From positions 14,689-78,688 of the IMG/VR virus record IMGVR_UViG_3300031853_000021: a stretch of DNA of 64,000 nucleotides; one strand, 5' to 3'. This DNA is from a virus. Taxonomy: Duplodnaviria; Caudoviricetes. Every line of letters begins with the position of its first letter. Position 1 is the first letter of the stretch. Positions 43,057-51,562 of the stretch are shown one piece after another. Below the pieces are notes generated by a model that was not told where the DNA came from, did no database searches, and saw only the letters and a list, made by a program, of their open reading frames with translations. The position numbers and the translations under genes are program-made.

Positions 43057-43440
43057 TCATTCGTATACCACTTCCGACATCTCCAAGATGCAATCTTCCA
43101 TCATGGCGATCTGCTCTTTCTGTTCGCTGACGATCTTCGTCAGCTGCGCCCGTGTCATCGCTTCTTCTTCAGGCGCTGGCGGATCCGGATCCGGATGTAC
43201 ATCATCCACCCCGTACTGCCACCATGTCGCGAAGTCCTCTTCGATCTCCTGCGCCGTCGCGGCCTTGCCGTCCGGCATGAAGAACTGGACTTCGTCAAAA
43301 CGGTACATCGTCCGATCCGGCTGATCCTCCTGTTTGTACGGCTGGATATTGTCCGCAAGACGGACGAAGATCTTCCCGCCCGGCAGATGTTCCAGCGTCA
43401 CCTTCTGCGGCATCTCTGCCGCGTCGCTCTTGTAATACAT
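43057..43440 (-). CDS. Hypothetical protein, XkdW-like/tail-fibre chaperone position
   Basis: Homologue of 4380-4763. Confidence 0.6.
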   Translation of the reverse strand: MYYKSDAAEMPQKVTLEHLPGGKIFVRLADNIQPYKQEDQPDRTMYRFDEVQFFMPDGKAATAQEIEEDFATWWQYGVDDVHPDPDPPAPEEEAMTRAQLTKIVSEQKEQIAMMEDCILEMSEVVYE

Positions 43441-44683
43441 GCAGCCACTCCTTTCTTTTCTGCTGATCCAGCCGCTGATAGAGTCCCTGAACCTGTTCAG
43501 CCATCTTGATCAGTTCTTCCACGTGGTACTTTTCCTTCAGCCCGTGCGCGTCGGTCTGCTGCACGTAGCTGTTGTACGATATGATTTTCTGTGCACGATC
43601 CCGCCGCAGTGTTCCCGTTTTCTTCAGCTCTCTGTATCCTCTGATCAGCTGCCTTCGTGCCCTCCGGAAGACGCGCCTGCGGATCGTGATGTGCGTCCTG
43701 CTGATCCTGTATCCCGCCATGTCCAGCATCGGGACGCCACGCTGCGCTTTTCCCGGAAGGCTCCGTCGTCGCTTCTCTTCTTCGATCGTCAGTATCTTAC
43801 TGATTCCGGATGTCGTCTTCAGTTCGATTCCCATTTCCTTCCGGAAGTATTTGTCCAGGCGCTTCGTCGCCCGCTTCAGTCCTTTGACGGATCCAGACAT
43901 CAGCGCGAAGTCGTCCATGAAGGTGACGACGCGGATCACGTACGGGATCTTCTTCCCGCGCCGTGTGGTTCCCTGTGCGTACAGGTCGCGGATCGCGTAG
44001 GACATCGCGAAATTGAACAGCCAGGCGTCGATGTACCCGCCGATGATCAGATGCCCGTCCGGTGCGATCCGTCCCAGATATTCCAGCAGGGCGATCGCGG
44101 CCTTCGCCTTCGGGATCTCCTTCTTCAGGATGTCCACGCAGACCTGATACTTCAGCGTCGCGTATGCGTGGACGACGTCCGTCTTCTGGATGTACCTGAC
44201 GCCGACCGTCTCCTTCAGAAGGTATCTGTGCGCCTGATCCTTCAGCAGCGTCTGACCGCGTCCCGGAATGCTGGCGTGCTGCGTCGGCAGAAGCCGCGCG
44301 TTGATCAGCGGTTCGATCATCAGCTTTTCGATGTGTCCGATCAGCTGATGCAGGATGGACAACAGTGCGATGTCCCGTGTCTTCCCTGTCATGCCGTCCG
44401 GACGCTGGCGGATCGTCGGCGGCTCCATGTCGTCCGGTTCGATCCCGTATTCGACCAGATCTTCCACGACGCCGTACAGCATCAGCCCGATCGAATGGAT
44501 CGCTTCTTCCTTCACACGTCTGGATCCGGACAGATCGTCGATCAGGATTTCCGTCCTTCCGATTCCGGCGTACTTCTCGATGAATACCAGAATGTCGCGG
44601 TGCTTCCATTTGCTTTTGAAACATTCTTCGACTGCTTCTTCGCATAGCTTCAGGGACAGCTTCCTGTATCTCTTCGTGTGCAT
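43295..44683 (-). CDS. DGR reverse transcriptase, right copy (462 aa, 55-aa read-through extension)
   Basis: Same motifs as the left copy; TAG replaced by CAG at 43460-43462. Confidence 0.88.
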   Translation of the reverse strand: MHTKRYRKLSLKLCEEAVEECFKSKWKHRDILVFIEKYAGIGRTEILIDDLSGSRRVKEEAIHSIGLMLYGVVEDLVEYGIEPDDMEPPTIRQRPDGMTGKTRDIALLSILHQLIGHIEKLMIEPLINARLLPTQHASIPGRGQTLLKDQAHRYLLKETVGVRYIQKTDVVHAYATLKYQVCVDILKKEIPKAKAAIALLEYLGRIAPDGHLIIGGYIDAWLFNFAMSYAIRDLYAQGTTRRGKKIPYVIRVVTFMDDFALMSGSVKGLKRATKRLDKYFRKEMGIELKTTSGISKILTIEEEKRRRSLPGKAQRGVPMLDMAGYRISRTHITIRRRVFRRARRQLIRGYRELKKTGTLRRDRAQKIISYNSYVQQTDAHGLKEKYHVEELIKMAEQVQGLYQRLDQQKRKEWLHVLQERRGRDAAEGDAGTSAGREDLRPSCGQYPAVQTGGSAGSDDVPF

Positions 44684-44874
44684 AATTCTTTATTTTGTGA
44701 AGCGGCGTTCGGTTGCGGTCTGACCTTAAAGCAGATCCGGCCTTGTTACTACTTGCCGCACGCGCAGCCCACAGCTGCGTGTTCCCCTTTCGAAGATTCC
44801 GGTTTTACTGATTTTTGCTTGCGCATGGATATGCAGACGCACATCAGCAGACTTTCGCCTGCCTTCATGAAAAT

Positions 44875-45018
44875 AAGTCGCGGACGGCTGTTCCAGTTCG
44901 CGTTACCGGGCGTGTTGTTGCCATTCTCGCACGCCAGCCCGGCATTCGCCCCGTTGTTCAAGTTCGCGAACCGCCACGGGCAGCGAACCCCGGCGGAGCC
45001 GGTACCGTTGAAGGCCGA
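44875..45018 (-). ncRNA. DGR template repeat, copy 2
   Basis: Identical to 6198-6341 by base-wise comparison. Confidence 0.95.
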
Positions 45019-45056
45019 TCCCGCGCCTGCATACCCTGTTTGTTTATAGTTACATC

Positions 45057-45092
45057 AGGGGACTTCCCCCTCTGGACGTCTTACGACGTCCA
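45057..45092 (-). promoter_or_regulatory. Tandem hairpins downstream of VR, copy 2
   Basis: Identical to 6380-6415. Confidence 0.75.
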
Positions 45093-46790
45093 TTCACCCC
45101 GCTTTTTACCCGCTCCACAAAGCCGCGGACGGCTGCGCCAGCTCGCGTTACCGGGCGCGTTGTGGCCATACTCGCACGCCAGCCCGGCAAGCGCCCCGCT
45201 GTCCAAGGACGCGAACCGCCACCGGCAGCGAACCCCGGCGGAGCCGGGACCGCTGAAGGCCGACTTGAAGTAGGTCGTCGCTGATCCGCCGACCTCTTCC
45301 GGGAACAGGACGCCCTTCTTTGTCTTCATGAAGGACTTCACATAGTTCCAGCCGGATTTCATTCCTTCGTACAGCAGGCCAGTGTCTTCGTAGTTCGATG
45401 TCACGGATCCCGCCAGATTCTGACTGTCGCGGCATTCGTAGATCGAATAATCCCAATCAGACACAGCGTTCGCCGTGACGGTATAAAGCGGATCCAGGCC
45501 GACCGCATATGCGCCGTCCAGGACTTCCACGCCAGCCACACGAAGCGGCGACGTTCCATCCGTCAGCCCGTGCGGGCATCCGTCCTTCCTTCCCGGAAGA
45601 AGTTCTGTCGCGCCTGAATGCCACGGCATCGTCGAAATGTATGTCGTCGCTGTCGTGGTGAATGCGCTTTCCGTCTCTATGCCGACCGCTGCCAGTTCGT
45701 CGCCGTCGATCGTGACGGTTTCGATGGAACTGATCTTGACCAGATCCAGAATGTTCCGCATGTGTGCCTGTCCTCTGTCCTTGTTCGTGGACGATCCCAT
45801 GTCGCCGATTGACACGGTCGAACCGACGATCAGGTTCGCGGCCTGCGTCGTCGACAGGATCACGCGCTTCACATTTTCTTCTGCCTTCGCTACCTGGTAC
45901 TGTCTGTCGTAGCTGATGCAGCCGTTCGCGATGTTGCTGTTTTCCAGATCGAAGTGCCGCAGCTGCCACATCCGCAGGATCCATCTTGTATCGCAGTCAT
46001 TCCACAGTCCTTCATAGATCGTCATCTTCCGCGCCGCTGTGATGCCTGCGGTCGCGCTGGCGAAGTTGTACGGCCTGATGCCTGCGCCGGATGTCAGTGC
46101 GCCGCTGCTGTTCAGTCCGCCGGGGAATGAAGGATGCCATGTCAGCGCCCGCTTCGTTCCGTCCGGTGCGACATCCCCGGCGTCCGGATAGAATCCCGCG
46201 CCTTTGGTCGTCCTGAAGCTGATGAAATTGAATGAACCGTCGTTCCATTCCTTGATCCACAATGCCAGCGCGAACGTCCAGACGGGCGCGTCTTCGCCTG
46301 TGATGTCGAAGCCGTCTTCGCCTTCGAAGTATGTGATGTTCATGGTTCCATCTTCCAGGGACATCGCATTCGCCCGGATGTACCATGTCATCGGATCTTC
46401 GTCCGCCCAATCTTCGACGGCGGCATCGGATGCCGTGCACAGCTGCGCGGCGCTCTTTCCTTCCAGATCGTCCAGCGGCGTCATCGCCGTGTTTCCGGAT
46501 ACTGCTGCATCATAGCTTCGCAGCGTGTACGCCTTGCTGTTCCACGCCTGCGCCGCTGCTTTTGCGAATCTTTCAAGGATCTTATATTTGCTTGTCTCTC
46601 CTGCTGCCGCTGCGCGCGGATAGAATTCCCAGAAGACGCGCGTGGTGTTCGTTCCGTCCAGGACGCTTTTGCACGCCGCGTCAAGGACAGCCGCATCAGA
46701 TGACCCGCCGTTCAGCGCGATCGATTCCAGCGCGGCGGCGATCCGTTCGTGCTGTGTCCACGAAGGGAAAATCAGATCCATGTCTGCCAT
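45081..46790 (-). CDS. DGR target protein, copy 2 (identical 569 aa)
   Basis: Translation identical to 6404-8113. Confidence 0.88.
   Translation of the reverse strand: MADMDLIFPSWTQHERIAAALESIALNGGSSDAAVLDAACKSVLDGTNTTRVFWEFYPRAAAAGETSKYKILERFAKAAAQAWNSKAYTLRSYDAAVSGNTAMTPLDDLEGKSAAQLCTASDAAVEDWADEDPMTWYIRANAMSLEDGTMNITYFEGEDGFDITGEDAPVWTFALALWIKEWNDGSFNFISFRTTKGAGFYPDAGDVAPDGTKRALTWHPSFPGGLNSSGALTSGAGIRPYNFASATAGITAARKMTIYEGLWNDCDTRWILRMWQLRHFDLENSNIANGCISYDRQYQVAKAEENVKRVILSTTQAANLIVGSTVSIGDMGSSTNKDRGQAHMRNILDLVKISSIETVTIDGDELAAVGIETESAFTTTATTYISTMPWHSGATELLPGRKDGCPHGLTDGTSPLRVAGVEVLDGAYAVGLDPLYTVTANAVSDWDYSIYECRDSQNLAGSVTSNYEDTGLLYEGMKSGWNYVKSFMKTKKGVLFPEEVGGSATTYFKSAFSGPGSAGVRCRWRFASLDSGALAGLACEYGHNAPGNASWRSRPRLCGAGKKRGEWTS
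45120..45263 (-). repeat. DGR variable repeat, copy 2
   Basis: Identical to 6443-6586. Confidence 0.95.
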
Positions 46791-46805
46791 TTTCTTGTTC
46801 CTCCT

Positions 46806-47612
46806 TTATGCTGTGATCTTTGTCAGTGACATGTGCGGGACGCCCCGCTGCGCGTAGATCGCATACGCATATTTCACATCGTTGTCGCTGTCGTAGATGT
46901 ACGACGCTTCATTGATCTGGCTTGCGATCTCCACGGCTTCGTTCGCCTTATTCAGGACGATCGTCGTGTTCTCCTGCCGCGTGTTCTCCGCTGTGACGCG
47001 TCCGTTCTCTGCGGTCACGCGGGCGTTCTCTGCTTCGACGCGGGCGTTCTCTGCGGTTACGCGGGCGTTCTCTGCGGTCACGCGGGCGTTCTCCGCATTT
47101 GCGCGGCTTGTCTCTGCGCTGACGCGCCTGTTCTCTGCCGTCTTTCTGGCGTTCTCTGCGGTCACGCGGGCGGCTTCCGCTTCCGCGTATGCCTTCATGG
47201 TCGCGTCGAACAGTGACATTTCGTCGCCGGATATGATGGCGTCTTCATCCTTGACGCACGGTTCGATCTCGATTTCGAACGTGCAGGACGTGATGACTTC
47301 GGTCATGTCCCCGGACTTCACTTCGATTTCTGCCAGTGCTGTCCCCGCTGCCGCCAGCGTCTGCGATGCCAGTTCCATCGTGACGACGGAACCCTCAAAC
47401 GTACACGGAGAATATGCGCGTGTCAGGTCCGGCTTTTTGATGTAGGCCGTGACGTTTGATCCCGCCGGGATCTCGTAGGCCGCGCCGTTGTCCAACAGTT
47501 CCACTTCGACGTACCTGGTCGCCCTGTCGTGCTGTTTTGCTGATACCTGGTACTGTTTTGTGGATCCGGACATTTCTATCTTCAGGCGTTTGATCACTCT
47601 GTTCAGGCTCAT
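46806..47612 (-). CDS. BppU-like baseplate upper protein
   Basis: First 82 aa diverged from the left copy, remainder identical. Confidence 0.75.
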   Translation of the reverse strand: MSLNRVIKRLKIEMSGSTKQYQVSAKQHDRATRYVEVELLDNGAAYEIPAGSNVTAYIKKPDLTRAYSPCTFEGSVVTMELASQTLAAAGTALAEIEVKSGDMTEVITSCTFEIEIEPCVKDEDAIISGDEMSLFDATMKAYAEAEAARVTAENARKTAENRRVSAETSRANAENARVTAENARVTAENARVEAENARVTAENGRVTAENTRQENTTIVLNKANEAVEIASQINEASYIYDSDNDVKYAYAIYAQRGVPHMSLTKITA

Positions 47613-47628
47613 GTCTGCACCCTCCTTT

Positions 47629-49107
47629 CTACAGTCCTAACTTTTCTATGATCTGCGCGATCGTGACAGTCTCCCCGTTCGGTTTCTCAAATTCACACGT
47701 TCCCCGGAAGATCGCATTGAACGCGAAGTCGGCATAGTTTTCCATCGTCGCCTTTGATCCGAAGGCCACGCCGCGCCCTCCATGCAGGAAGTGCATCAGG
47801 TAGACAGCTGTGGAAACATAGTCGATCACTGTGACCGTGTTGAATGCATCCTTCAGGATGTATTGCACGTCATAGCTGAATTCTGTGTCCAGGTCCCCGC
47901 CGCAGACTGTCGTCTGACCTTCGCCCGGCGTCACCGACTTCGGCGTCCTGTAGCTCCGTTCGCTTGTCAGCTTGTAGGCGATTGTCAGCGTCGGGACGTT
48001 CTTCCCATTGCACCCGTTCCACGTCGAATCTGTCATGGCCAGAAAATAGACGCCTTCGTTCTCGATGGATCCATCAGATCCGCAGCGCATCGAATCGACC
48101 GACAGCGTCGGCGGGCTGTACTCGACGACCGTGATCTTTGCCGTCTTCTCTGCGGTCCGCCCTCTGCCGTCTGTGACTGTGACTGTGATGTCCACGATGC
48201 CGTAATCTTTGAATGTCCCGGATGCCGGAAGGCTGTCTGTCGTGCCTGCGTATTCCCTTCCTCCAACTTCCATCACTACAGACTTGATCGCTGATCCGTA
48301 CGAGATCGACACATCCATGGCGGTCAATGCGACGTTCGACTGGTCCTGCACGAACATTTTCCAGGCTGCCGGCACGCGGCCGCGTTTGTCTGCGACAGTG
48401 ATCGAATTGATCACCGGCACGCAGTCATCCGGCACGCTGGCGTATATGTAGGCCGTCATGGACTGATAGACATGTGTCCCGAATATGCTTTCTACCTTCA
48501 GGTAAAAGGTCGCCGACAGTGCCTTCGTGATCTGGTCGTTCCATTCCTTCGGCACCGTGTAACTCGTTTCGATCCTCGTTTTCCCTGCCTGGATTGTTTT
48601 CAGGATGCTGTGCTCTCTGTTTCCCAGTGACCACGTGAATCTATATGTCGCATCTGCCGACAGCTCAATGCCTGTCCCGTTTTCGATATTGATCGGAACC
48701 TTCTGCTTTCCGTCTATCTCAATGTCTGACGCTTCCGGGTCATACATCCACCCTCTTTCCAGCTTTCCCAGATCATAGAAAGAATAGGTGCCTGTCTTGC
48801 CCCCGCACTCTATCGTGAAAAAAGGCTTATTAATGACCAGGAAGTTCTGCCCGATGTTTAACTTTGCCTTCTTCACGTATTTGTCCCCGAACGCTTCGGC
48901 CGTCTCCTGGATGGTCCATCTGTACACCTTGCCGTCGATCGTTGCCGTCTTCGGAAATGCACTGGGCGACGGCGAAGCCATCCACGACCCATTATTCAGC
49001 TCTACCCATGTAATCTTTGTTGTGTCTCCGTTTACGGTGCCGTACACTCCGCACGCTGACGCCATGAAGCCGTCGTTAATCGGGAATGTGAATATACTGG
49101 ATGCCAC
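47629..49107 (-). CDS. Minor tail structural protein (DUF859-like)
   Basis: Homologue of 8952-10460 with a diverged N-terminus. Confidence 0.65.
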   Translation of the reverse strand: MASSIFTFPINDGFMASACGVYGTVNGDTTKITWVELNNGSWMASPSPSAFPKTATIDGKVYRWTIQETAEAFGDKYVKKAKLNIGQNFLVINKPFFTIECGGKTGTYSFYDLGKLERGWMYDPEASDIEIDGKQKVPINIENGTGIELSADATYRFTWSLGNREHSILKTIQAGKTRIETSYTVPKEWNDQITKALSATFYLKVESIFGTHVYQSMTAYIYASVPDDCVPVINSITVADKRGRVPAAWKMFVQDQSNVALTAMDVSISYGSAIKSVVMEVGGREYAGTTDSLPASGTFKDYGIVDITVTVTDGRGRTAEKTAKITVVEYSPPTLSVDSMRCGSDGSIENEGVYFLAMTDSTWNGCNGKNVPTLTIAYKLTSERSYRTPKSVTPGEGQTTVCGGDLDTEFSYDVQYILKDAFNTVTVIDYVSTAVYLMHFLHGGRGVAFGSKATMENYADFAFNAIFRGTCEFEKPNGETVTIAQIIEKLGL

Positions 49108-50839
49108 CTTCTCCCTCCATTCTGAAAACGCCCTCGGCGTCGATCAGCTGACTGTATCGGACAGGCCGGCGCGCCTTCCTGACCGGTGTCGACAGCAGCA
49201 TCGCGGTCGCCTGCACAATGTCGGATCCGGATCCGGTTTCCTCCTGCGCTTCTCTCCATTTGACGCCCATGCCGTACTGCGTAGAAATGAAATCAAAATA
49301 GCCGCCGTCCTCTGCGGCTCCTACTGACCAGCGCCTGACAGCTTCGACATTCAGTATGTGCAGCTTGTCGTACTGAATGTATGCGACCGCTCTTCCGTCC
49401 TGGCGAAATTCCAGGCGCTTGTTCGACAGCATGGTCGAAAAAGGCATGGTGCCGCCCTCTTCTTTTTTGCCGATCTCCAGTCCTTCGTCTGTGTAATGGA
49501 AGTATGTCTCCTGCTCTTTTCGGTATGTTTCCAGGTCTTCGCCCTGTGCTGTGACGGCTTCTTCCATGGACCTGATTGATATGTTCAGATCCGTCGATGT
49601 CTGCTCGATCTGCGTCCGGTATTCATTTGTCAGCTGCTCGATCTTTCTTTCCGCCGTGTCCGCGAACTCCCTGGTGCTCGCCTTTGTATCCTCGGCCAGC
49701 TCCCGCGACTCCGTCCGGATCGCCTGGACCGATGTCGCGATCTTTTCCTCTGACGATGTGATCGCGGCCTGGACTTGCTCTGTCGTCCAGTAACCGCCCT
49801 GCAGGATCCTTTTTGTCCTGCTCTCTGATACAGAGACAGCGTCCGAAAGGGTCTTCTCCTGCGTCTCCGCCTGGATCTGTTCGAACGTCTTCACGGTGCT
49901 GGACAGCTCGCACGTGTTAGCCTCCGGCTTTTGCGGGTACTCTGTCAGCTTTACGATCCGCTGCTTTGTGCGCGTGTTCTCTGTCTTTGAAACGATCCAC
50001 ACCGTATCGCCAATGTCGTAATCCAGGAGACTGTATTCCGCGCTTTGTGCGGCCAGATCCGCGACGTCTGCAGTGTATGCTGTGTATGGCTTTGACGCCG
50101 TTTCCAGCTTTGCCGTCGCGTCTTCGATCAGGTTCTCTGTGACCGTATACCGTTCATCTTTCCATACCCGCGGGATGACCTTCTCCGTATACTGATGATT
50201 GTCTATATAGGGGACGCCGATCAGGATTTCCGGCGTGATGCCGTCTTTGCCGACCGGATAGATCCGCGTGTAAAAATCATATGTGTTTGACTTCACGGAC
50301 AGCCGGCGCAGGTTCAGGCCCTCCATGAAGTAGGCGCCGCGGTCGACCCCGATCCGTTCATACAGGTGCACGGCCTTGCCGATGCTGTCGATCCTGCATT
50401 CGCACATGTATGTCTTCAGGACATCCTGCAGGACGTCCCACGCCGTGCACGTGTCCTCGATGTCTATGGTGCGGCGCTTCGTGATCGTGCAGGTGCCGAC
50501 CGTCCAGCCGGTCCCTTCGAATGCGAATTCCAGACAGGCGCGCGCCGTCTGCGTCCTCGATTCGAATCCATAGGCGAATTCTGCCGCCTCCAACTCCTCG
50601 ATGTTCAGCTTTGCGACATAGTTGTTTTTCTTTTCTCCTGTCTCGATCTCCTTCAGGACATATTCGTCTTCTGTCGTGCGGATGTAGTTTTCCGCGATCA
50701 GTGCCTCGATATTGGTCCCGGTCTTCGGATAGCTGAAGGACAGTTCTTTGTCCCCGGAAGATAGAGTTTTTTCAATCTTTGGGCTGTCCGGCTCGATTGT
50801 CGCGATCCTCTTGTGTGTCGCGTCATATACCTGGATCAT
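49076..50839 (-). CDS. Tail spike / Tal-like protein
   Basis: Homologue of 10450-12189. Confidence 0.75.
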   Translation of the reverse strand: MIQVYDATHKRIATIEPDSPKIEKTLSSGDKELSFSYPKTGTNIEALIAENYIRTTEDEYVLKEIETGEKKNNYVAKLNIEELEAAEFAYGFESRTQTARACLEFAFEGTGWTVGTCTITKRRTIDIEDTCTAWDVLQDVLKTYMCECRIDSIGKAVHLYERIGVDRGAYFMEGLNLRRLSVKSNTYDFYTRIYPVGKDGITPEILIGVPYIDNHQYTEKVIPRVWKDERYTVTENLIEDATAKLETASKPYTAYTADVADLAAQSAEYSLLDYDIGDTVWIVSKTENTRTKQRIVKLTEYPQKPEANTCELSSTVKTFEQIQAETQEKTLSDAVSVSESRTKRILQGGYWTTEQVQAAITSSEEKIATSVQAIRTESRELAEDTKASTREFADTAERKIEQLTNEYRTQIEQTSTDLNISIRSMEEAVTAQGEDLETYRKEQETYFHYTDEGLEIGKKEEGGTMPFSTMLSNKRLEFRQDGRAVAYIQYDKLHILNVEAVRRWSVGAAEDGGYFDFISTQYGMGVKWREAQEETGSGSDIVQATAMLLSTPVRKARRPVRYSQLIDAEGVFRMEGEGGIQYIHIPD

Positions 50840-50851
50840 CTGGCGCCCTCC

Positions 50852-51550
50852 TTATAACCACATCGGTGTGTATGTGATCTTTACCTTTGCGGACGGATCT
50901 GAAAATGTCAGGACGTTTTCTCCTGCCGCCAGCCGTGGGAACTGCCAGAAGCTGACCCTGTCGAATGCGTTCTGTCCCGCGGCCGTCACTTTCCCCTGGC
51001 GTCCGTCGATCGTGATCGTCTCGCCCTCTGCCATGGCGTCCACTGTGTAGGCCTCGCCGTTCAGACTCAGGGTGTATCCCGTCAGCTCCCGGGCGGCCGT
51101 GATCTCCATGGTGCAGGGTGTGCCCCTGCTGCTTTCCATGTAGATCTTCCCGGATGCCTGTCCATCGAATTCTATCGTCAGGTCGTCGTCGAAAAAATAT
51201 CCGTCTATTGACAGCTCCAGGACCTTCTTTGACAGGTTCAGCGTCTTATTCAGCGCGCTGTCTGTCAGGTATGCCTTGTATTTCCCTTTGTATCCTTTGA
51301 TTTCTTCCAGCACTGCAGACTGGCGGAACTGCAGCATGAACCGCGACACGGTGCGCTGAAGTTCCGCCCTGTTCTTTGCCCGGAAGTAGATCGTCAGCTT
51401 CAGGGTCCCCAGCGGGATGTCGGTCTGGTACTCTGTCGGCAGCAGCGCGCGCGGGATCATCTCCTTCTGGACGTTGATCTTTGGCGGCTGTTCCTCCACC
51501 GTCAGGAGCTTCGCCCCGTATTCCCTGACATCCACGCCGTTCACGATCAT
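50852..51550 (-). CDS. Distal tail protein (Dit)
   Basis: Homologue of 12203-12901. Confidence 0.75.
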   Translation of the reverse strand: MIVNGVDVREYGAKLLTVEEQPPKINVQKEMIPRALLPTEYQTDIPLGTLKLTIYFRAKNRAELQRTVSRFMLQFRQSAVLEEIKGYKGKYKAYLTDSALNKTLNLSKKVLELSIDGYFFDDDLTIEFDGQASGKIYMESSRGTPCTMEITAARELTGYTLSLNGEAYTVDAMAEGETITIDGRQGKVTAAGQNAFDRVSFWQFPRLAAGENVLTFSDPSAKVKITYTPMWL

Positions 51551-51562
51551 GTCAAAACCTCC

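Larger units (their letters stand above)
5432..44108. mobile_element. Complete 38,677-bp phage genome unit (phage X) bounded by the direct repeat
   Basis: One copy of every module (tail, head, packaging, early, repressor, integrase, lysis, DGR); circularises seamlessly through the repeat. Confidence 0.7.
44109..47366. repeat. 3,258-bp direct repeat, copy 2
   Basis: Identical translations to 5432-8689. Confidence 0.85.

Noticed and set aside
43517-43530. Weaker parS-like matches (CTTCCACGTGGTAC here; GTTCCACGTCGAAT near 48014)
   Set aside because: Two mismatches each, broken symmetry, inside coding sequence; plausible by chance
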